Source: a virus. From it: a stretch of DNA of 64,000 bases. Under the pieces are notes generated by a model. The model was not told the DNA's origin. It saw only the letters and a program-made list of their open reading frames with translations, and made no database searches. Location of the stretch: IMG/VR virus record IMGVR_UViG_3300028607_003036, positions 4,039-68,038 of that record. One strand, written 5' to 3'. The translations under genes were made by a program, and so were the position numbers. Within the stretch, counting starts at the first letter, position 1; each line of letters begins with the position of its first letter. Shown here piece after piece: positions 58,607 to 64,000 of the stretch.

Positions 58607-59391
58607 GATGTCACCTTCTGGATTAGTTGTTGTTTCTCAATCAGACCTCTCATCTGAGATAACTCTATCTGACAATCAGCATCTGAAATAGCTTCACTTG
58701 GATTAGGATGACACTCAGCAAAAATACCGTCAAAATCGAAAATACTCGATGCTAAGAAGTATTTCTTAGCAAGTTCTCTGTTGCCCCCGGTAAAACCATC
58801 TCTTGTGTATTGCGTGGAGTGGGTGCAATCAATTATGACCTTATCCCAGTGTTTCCGCATATGTTCAACACCACCTAAATCTAGAACAAGTCTATCATAT
58901 CCAAAAAATGTTCCACGATCTGTAATCCACGCTTCACAATGGGGATTTGTCTTTTTAATCTTATCTATCCATTTGCAGGATTGAGTAGGACTAGCCCACT
59001 GGCCTTTTTTAACATTGACTTTATTAAAATACTTTGCTGCTTCAATTAACATGTCTGTTTGACGACATAAAAATGCTGGTATTTGTATTAAATCTATTAC
59101 TGGTGCTAAGTCTACTGCCTGCCAAGGCTCGTGAAAATCTGTTGTTAATTGTATCTCTGGCAATTCTTTTTTAATTGCTTTAAAGCATTCTATGCCATAT
59201 TCTAAATTGAAGTCAGTATCTTGTGATATACCTCTTCTACCCTTTATAGAAGTTCTATTAGCTTTACAAAATGATATTTTATAAAACCATGTTTTAATTC
59301 CAAGATCATTCATTAATGATGAAAGATATTTACCTGTTTCTAAATAAGATTGTTTGGATTCTAATCCACACATACCTAATATATAATGCAT
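58603..59391 (-). CDS. kdsA: KdsA-like 3-deoxy-ulosonate phosphate synthase
   Basis: KANRTS, TTDFHE, QIPAFLCRQTD, NVKKGQW, DRG, DCTHS, ECHPNP..A.SDA. Confidence 0.9.
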   Translation of the reverse strand: MHYILGMCGLESKQSYLETGKYLSSLMNDLGIKTWFYKISFCKANRTSIKGRRGISQDTDFNLEYGIECFKAIKKELPEIQLTTDFHEPWQAVDLAPVIDLIQIPAFLCRQTDMLIEAAKYFNKVNVKKGQWASPTQSCKWIDKIKKTNPHCEAWITDRGTFFGYDRLVLDLGGVEHMRKHWDKVIIDCTHSTQYTRDGFTGGNRELAKKYFLASSIFDFDGIFAECHPNPSEAISDADCQIELSQMRGLIEKQQLIQKVTS

Positions 59392-59392
59392 A

Positions 59393-59535
59393 TTACACCT
59401 TATTTAATCTAGAGTATTCACCAAATATTTCAGTGGCTTTATTGTTGTAAACTATTGCTGCTTCTTTTGGATCTTTAAAATATTCTAGATAGTAGTTTTG
59501 TTCTTTGGTTCTTAATTCTGCTGTATATCCTCTAA
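59393..59535 (-). pseudogene. AP2-domain remnant of an HNH-AP2 endonuclease
   Basis: Frame without a start codon: RGYTAELRTKEQNYYLEYFKDPKEAAIVYNNKATEIFGEYSRLNKV*. Confidence 0.75.
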
Positions 59536-60156
59536 TTTCTCCATATGTATAGAAGGAGCGATTGGTCCTAAATCATAACCATCTTCACTAAGAGAAAAAC
59601 TTCCAAACCCTTTACCTTCTTGACCATTTTTACCAGTTGATTCATTTCCGTCACCACTTCCGTTACCTCTACCGAAACCATTTCCATTACCTTTTCCGTT
59701 TCCTTGACCTTTTTTAGATCCCTTTTTACCCTTTTTAGTTCCCACTACAATTTCGCCATTCTTTAATCTTTTAATTATATCTTCCATTAACTCATGTAGC
59801 TTTCTTTCATATGGAACTTTATATGTTCGTGGCTCATTGCTTTCGTAATCAAGAATACCAGATTTTGATTTAACTAGTGGTGTAACCCATAAAAATATAG
59901 CTCCGGGATTACCAATCTGTTTATTTTCCTCGTGTACGATAACCCAGTGAATTAAGAATTTATCTGGTAGTGATTGTTCTGTAGCAAATCCCTTGTATGA
60001 ATCTATTGAGTGCCATACGATAAATCCAATCCAAGTAGAAAATGCTATAGTTAGGATTTTTAAAGTCCAGTGACCCTTGCCTCCGATAATAAAATATAGT
60101 AGTAAAACTACTAAACATGTTATTACAAAGGGAATACTTAAAGATGTTAATTCCAT
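59512..60156 (-). CDS. Membrane protein (2 TM, exported domain, Gly/Lys-rich tail), partner of the ExbBD-like pair
   Basis: Hydrophobic N-terminus; GKKGKKGSKKGQGNGKGNG tract. Confidence 0.75.
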   Translation of the reverse strand: MELTSLSIPFVITCLVVLLLYFIIGGKGHWTLKILTIAFSTWIGFIVWHSIDSYKGFATEQSLPDKFLIHWVIVHEENKQIGNPGAIFLWVTPLVKSKSGILDYESNEPRTYKVPYERKLHELMEDIIKRLKNGEIVVGTKKGKKGSKKGQGNGKGNGNGFGRGNGSGDGNESTGKNGQEGKGFGSFSLSEDGYDLGPIAPSIHMEKLEDIQQN

Positions 60157-60800
60157 TAATGAAACTCCCTTGGAGTAGATCCAGGTCTTTGTGTAGCTAA
60201 TAATTTTTGCAATTCGTTAATTCCGTGTACTTTGCCTTCCATATCCACCGAAAATCTAAAAGCAGTTTGTTCTTCTCCGTGATGAGTAAACTTCATCTTC
60301 TTAATATGTACCAAGCTATAACTATTCATCTTTTCAAGTTTTATAATTACTTCTAGCGGCTTTGTTTCTCTCCATGTCCAAGCATGAGCATTAATTGTAA
60401 ATTCAGTAGGCAGAATGCCACGTATATATACGTGTTCTACATTTTTTGTAATTGTGAATATTTCACCCTGTTCTGTCGTGAATGTATCAGAATATTTGCC
60501 AGTATCATCCTGTTCTAGGTGTAGAAATCCTTGTTCTCTTCTTCTAAATCCAACTAAATTACCATATCCATCCTCAACCCATAGATCCATATCAGTTTCA
60601 CTATCGTCATACCAACTCATGGTAATGATAAATTCAGCTTTACTTTCTGTGTTTTGTGACTTCTTATCTTCAACTGTGATAAGTAGAAAAGATAAGATGA
60701 ATAGTACCATTAATCCTAGTACTAGACTAAATAACATATCCAAAAAAGATGTATCAGCACTATATTTATTTTGCATTTTTTTATCTAATGAAATATCCAT
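60156..60800 (-). CDS. ExbD/MotB-like single-TM protein with a YfaP/DUF2135-like exported domain
   Basis: FLDMLF at the TM start (conserved Asp); DMDLWV...G...HLEQDD...E. Confidence 0.65.
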   Translation of the reverse strand: MDISLDKKMQNKYSADTSFLDMLFSLVLGLMVLFILSFLLITVEDKKSQNTESKAEFIITMSWYDDSETDMDLWVEDGYGNLVGFRRREQGFLHLEQDDTGKYSDTFTTEQGEIFTITKNVEHVYIRGILPTEFTINAHAWTWRETKPLEVIIKLEKMNSYSLVHIKKMKFTHHGEEQTAFRFSVDMEGKVHGINELQKLLATQRPGSTPREFH

Positions 60801-60879
60801 ATATTAGAAAAAATATAATTTCAATCCAAGCCGCCATCTCAGAATCAATCAGAAAACTTAGAAGTGAATCTATTTTCAT
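60781..60879 (-). CDS. 32-aa membrane peptide between the motA-like and exbD-like genes
   Basis: MKIDSLLSFLIDSEMAAWIEIIFFLIYGYFIR; ATGA overlap with the motA-like stop. Confidence 0.45.
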   Translation of the reverse strand: MKIDSLLSFLIDSEMAAWIEIIFFLIYGYFIR

Positions 60880-61382
60880 TTTTTATTCTTTTCTAAGAAA
60901 TTATTTCTAATGAATCGAACCTCATTTTCCAACATAAAATATTCTAAACGAAGTAATAAAGAACAAATAATTCCTGTGATGGTAGTGATTAAGGCGGTTG
61001 ATATACCACCGGCAATTTGTTGAATTAGCATTTTCATCTCTAGTGGATTAGATACATCCATGTTTTCAAAGCCACTGAAACTTAACATTAATCCTATCAC
61101 GGTTCCTAACAATCCTAGGCTGATAACTTGAGCAGATACAAACCATCCCCATTCGCATAATCGTTCAGCACGATTACATGAGTACTCTGTATGATCTATT
61201 GCCCAGCATTTAAATCCACACCATATTGACATAAAATAGAACAATAACATTATTATGTAACTAATATGTGTTGAATCCCCTTCCCATATCGCTCCGTATA
61301 TCCCTAGTCTATAGAGAACTAGTGAAGATACAGAAATTAATGATATCAGAAGGAACCAGTAGAGAAATATTTTATGTTTCAT
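60876..61382 (-). CDS. MotA/TolQ/ExbB proton-channel family
   Basis: LGLLGTVIGL...F and GISTALITTITG helices. Confidence 0.9.
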   Translation of the reverse strand: MKHKIFLYWFLLISLISVSSLVLYRLGIYGAIWEGDSTHISYIIMLLFYFMSIWCGFKCWAIDHTEYSCNRAERLCEWGWFVSAQVISLGLLGTVIGLMLSFSGFENMDVSNPLEMKMLIQQIAGGISTALITTITGIICSLLLRLEYFMLENEVRFIRNNFLEKNKK

Positions 61383-61420
61383 TTTATTTTACCAGATATG
61401 TTATATATTATAGTTGATCA

Positions 61421-62335
61421 TTAATTTCCATAACTTTCCTTCATTTCTAAAATCATATCTTCTATTTCTAGATAATCTGCTTTTCGTAATTCTGGAAATG
61501 GTTTCTTATTACCTATTTCGAATCCTAAAGCTTTAATTGCATATCTTAAAGATATGTGCCATCCATATTTAGACATTACATCAAAAAATTTATCTTCAAG
61601 TTTTAACATCATATCAGGATGGTCGCTAGGTTTAGAAGAAAAAATTTGTTCTCCATTATAAATACATTCATATAAAGCGTTTTCTAATTTAGGAAATACA
61701 CTACCCAATCCAGAAAGATACGTATTTGCCCCGGCGTTTATACATAAAGAGAATCGTCTACCAGAACCACCAGCAACACAGATAGTAAAGTTATCATTAG
61801 CTAATCGAGATACCTGATAAGCTGTTTCATAGTGAAGTGACTCTTCTTTTAATCCCGTAATGTTAGGGTGCTCGCTCAACTTTTGAATAACATCTAGAGG
61901 ATAGTCTACCCATTTTAGTCCGTATCCAGAACGTAGTGGTTGTGCGTGTATCCATATTGGACATGGTGAATCATCGGCAACTTCAAAGAAGAAATCAATA
62001 ATAGTTTGTTCATCGTAAAGTCTATCTGGATAAAGAATTAAAGCAATATCATCATTTTTTACAGATCCTTTTATACATCTTAATAGACGTTTTGTTTCCG
62101 TTAAAGGCGCCGGAGATATACCTGATATTAGCTGTTTATCAAAATAATCATAACACCGCCAGTTAAAATTTATAATTTCGGCATTTGATAATAAATTATA
62201 CTGACTTGTTCCAGCCGTAGTCATTATTGTTTCAACGCCTTCACTACTAAGATATTTAAGATATCTTCCTAGTTCTTTATTGTTTAGACTTTCGTCTTCG
62301 TTATAGAACGGTGGTATGGGGACTATAGGACTCAT
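61421..62335 (-). CDS. DapA/NanA-family class I aldolase
   Basis: PIPPF, TAGTSQYNLLS..E, ITGLKEE Schiff-base Lys. Confidence 0.85.
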   Translation of the reverse strand: MSPIVPIPPFYNEDESLNNKELGRYLKYLSSEGVETIMTTAGTSQYNLLSNAEIINFNWRCYDYFDKQLISGISPAPLTETKRLLRCIKGSVKNDDIALILYPDRLYDEQTIIDFFFEVADDSPCPIWIHAQPLRSGYGLKWVDYPLDVIQKLSEHPNITGLKEESLHYETAYQVSRLANDNFTICVAGGSGRRFSLCINAGANTYLSGLGSVFPKLENALYECIYNGEQIFSSKPSDHPDMMLKLEDKFFDVMSKYGWHISLRYAIKALGFEIGNKKPFPELRKADYLEIEDMILEMKESYGN

Positions 62336-62349
62336 GAGATGAAAACCTT

Positions 62350-62394
62350 TTAATTGGGAAAATTAAGATAAGCAAATTTACTAAATAATTCTTT
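62350..62394 (-). pseudogene. Second AP2-domain tail remnant
   Basis: KELFSKFAYLNFPN* in an intergenic gap, with stop codons upstream. Confidence 0.55.
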
Positions 62395-62400
62395 TTAACA

Positions 62401-62598
62401 TTATTCATAATACTCCACTTCTATAGTAGCTCCGATTCTATCAACCGTAGACATAAATACGGATGTTCTAAATCTCATATTTTGGGGTTTTAAATCCTTG
62501 TATGCTATGCATGCTTTTGACGCAATTTTTTTGAGAATACTATCTAAAGTTTCTCCTGCGTCTATGTTTACCGAAGCTAATAATCGTCTCTTAACCAT
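62401..62598 (-). CDS. Hypothetical protein
   Basis: 65-aa ORF. Confidence 0.55.
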   Translation of the reverse strand: MVKRRLLASVNIDAGETLDSILKKIASKACIAYKDLKPQNMRFRTSVFMSTVDRIGATIEVEYYE

Positions 62599-62640
62599 TT
62601 ATAAATCTTATGGGAACCCATTCATTCATAGTATATTTGT

Positions 62641-63111
62641 TTATTTTTCCATCTCATGTTTATTCTCCCAGGGAAACGGAGTGTTTGGTTGCTCACATCC
62701 TAAAAAACTGCATAGAGTAGGCCAACTATGGAAATCTGAACATATATTCATTATTAGAAGACTATCACTTCTTTGAAAGAAGTATTGACTAACTTCACTT
62801 TCATATTTATGAATATTAAAATTTTCATTTGGACAAAATTTTTTTAACGACTTATTCCAGTTTTCTTTATCTCTTGTCGTAATAATAAATTTACTATTTG
62901 GATATGTGTAATCTAATCTCTTGTAGAAAAAAGATAAGATAGAACTAACTATTCCATCATATTTTTCTATATCATTACAAATACTACTCCAGGTATAATT
63001 TCCGCTTTGAATTGAACAATGATGAAATGTTTTATATCCTAAAATGTTTAGGGCGGAAGATAGTGAGGTAGTTCCCGTCCTTGAATATCCTATGCCGAAA
63101 ATTTTATTCAT
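62641..63111 (-). CDS. Sulfotransferase family 4-like
   Basis: KIFGIGYSRTGTTSL..AL..LGY, IITTRD..W..S, WPTLCSFLG...P..PFP..N. Confidence 0.88.
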   Translation of the reverse strand: MNKIFGIGYSRTGTTSLSSALNILGYKTFHHCSIQSGNYTWSSICNDIEKYDGIVSSILSFFYKRLDYTYPNSKFIITTRDKENWNKSLKKFCPNENFNIHKYESEVSQYFFQRSDSLLIMNICSDFHSWPTLCSFLGCEQPNTPFPWENKHEMEK

Positions 63112-63114
63112 TAA

Positions 63115-63546
63115 TTATTCTTCTGTTATAGGTTTAGAAATAAGTTTATAAAACTCATTTACACTCATATATCCAGGACTAGGAGAGATTTTAACTACCT
63201 TTTTTGAATAGGGATTAATCCACGAATAATCAGGAATGCCACGTTTCGGATATTTATCTCCGTGCGGTTTTACTCTAACAAAAATATAGTGCTTTTTTAG
63301 AAAAGATCGTATCTTTATATTGGGTAACACGTTCCTTTCCATCATTACACATGGTTTACAGTAACTTGGGTCGGTCCACATGACAAGAACATACTTTTTT
63401 TGTTTTTGTCCAGCTTGAATGCCAAGTTCAATGTTTGAAAATTCCCACTTTGGTTCAGCGGTTTGCTCATAGGATACTGGTATTCTTGTTTTAGAATTAC
63501 ATCCTATAAAAAATAGGCTGAGTAGAATGAGTAATATGCGAAACAC
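63115..63546 (-). CDS. Thioredoxin-fold lipoprotein
   Basis: Lipobox-like FIGC; YCKPC. Confidence 0.8.
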   Translation of the reverse strand: MFRILLILLSLFFIGCNSKTRIPVSYEQTAEPKWEFSNIELGIQAGQKQKKYVLVMWTDPSYCKPCVMMERNVLPNIKIRSFLKKHYIFVRVKPHGDKYPKRGIPDYSWINPYSKKVVKISPSPGYMSVNEFYKLISKPITEE

Positions 63547-63577
63547 TTTTCACCCCTAAAATAATTGCTTCTATTAC

Positions 63578-63605
63578 ATTATAGCTATATATGTTGACTT
63601 GTCAA
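63578..63605 (-). promoter_or_regulatory. Sigma-70 promoter TTGACA-N16-TATAAT with an inverted repeat over the -35
   Basis: TTGACA AGTCAACATATATAGC TATAAT; GTTGAC-AA-GTCAAC. Confidence 0.85.
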
Positions 63606-63608
63606 CTT

Positions 63609-64000
63609 TTAGAAAGAAATTTCTTCTTCATCATCTAACCACAGATTTATTATAGGCTTACCTATTTTTTTTGCGTATTGAATACAGGAAAAGGTTCCTC
63701 CAGATTGAAGTTCTGGATTCCAAATTGCAAGCAGGGTATCACATGTATTACACATTTCTTCATTTCTTAAAAACATTTTCTTAGGTGAAAATCCCCCATC
63801 CGAAACAACTTTTGTAAATCTACATTGACGTAAAATTTTATGGTATCTTTCTTGTGAATGTGACGGCCATTTCTTTTCTGAACCTGCAAAAGGTAGGTAT
63901 GCGTGTAAATCAATACCGAGAGATAGTGTAGCTTCTGCTAGCCAAAAGTCGTAACCTATAGACATGCCGGTAATAACATAATCTATATCTTTTTTATTTT
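63609..64000 (-). CDS. SLOG/YspA (DUF1273)-like protein, 5' end outside the window
   Basis: The frame extends upstream of the track start: DIDYVITGMSIGYDFW...RNEEM...LLAIW...GGT..C..YA. Confidence 0.85.
   Translation of the reverse strand, partial: NKKDIDYVITGMSIGYDFWLAEATLSLGIDLHAYLPFAGSEKKWPSHSQERYHKILRQCRFTKVVSDGGFSPKKMFLRNEEMCNTCDTLLAIWNPELQSGGTFSCIQYAKKIGKPIINLWLDDEEEISF

Noticed and set aside
59630-59745. Tandem repeat in the Gly/Asn/Lys tract
   Set aside because: This is low-complexity coding sequence without a fixed nucleotide unit.

Overview
This 64-kb window is AT-rich (roughly 30% GC by eye), and every credible gene lies on the minus strand. The content fits a large lytic tailed phage, although no capsid, terminase or tail genes fall in the window. 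Three blocks are visible. (1) About 2.7-23.4 kb: a replication, recombination and nucleotide module with ssb, a DnaE polymerase split into two genes with five genes between them, a DEDDh exonuclease, dut, dNMP kinase, dnaG, dnaB, recA and class II nrdJ. (2) About 23.4-40 kb: a G8/beta-helix protein, dCMP deaminase, two trypsin-like proteases with signal peptides, a CAT tRNA, a C92 amidase, clpP, thyX, a sigma-70-like factor, a GT4, a degenerate RNA ligase and a C5 DNA methyltransferase. (3) About 40.5-63 kb: a very large glycan biosynthesis and decoration island (NeuA-type CMP transferase, GT29 sialyltransferase-like, KdsA-like and DapA/NanA-like enzymes, two DegT aminotransferases, acetyl-, C-methyl-, O-methyl- and sulfotransferases, 2OG oxygenases, several GTs), with an ExbB/ExbD-like membrane motor cluster embedded near its end. 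Non-coding signals read from the sequence include three perfect TTGACA-N16-TATAAT promoters, a repeated GGTGTATAAT motif, terminators, relics of homing endonucleases, an ATT-initiated gene and a perfect 69-bp inverted duplication 16.7 kb apart. Family assignments come from motif recognition, not database searches.
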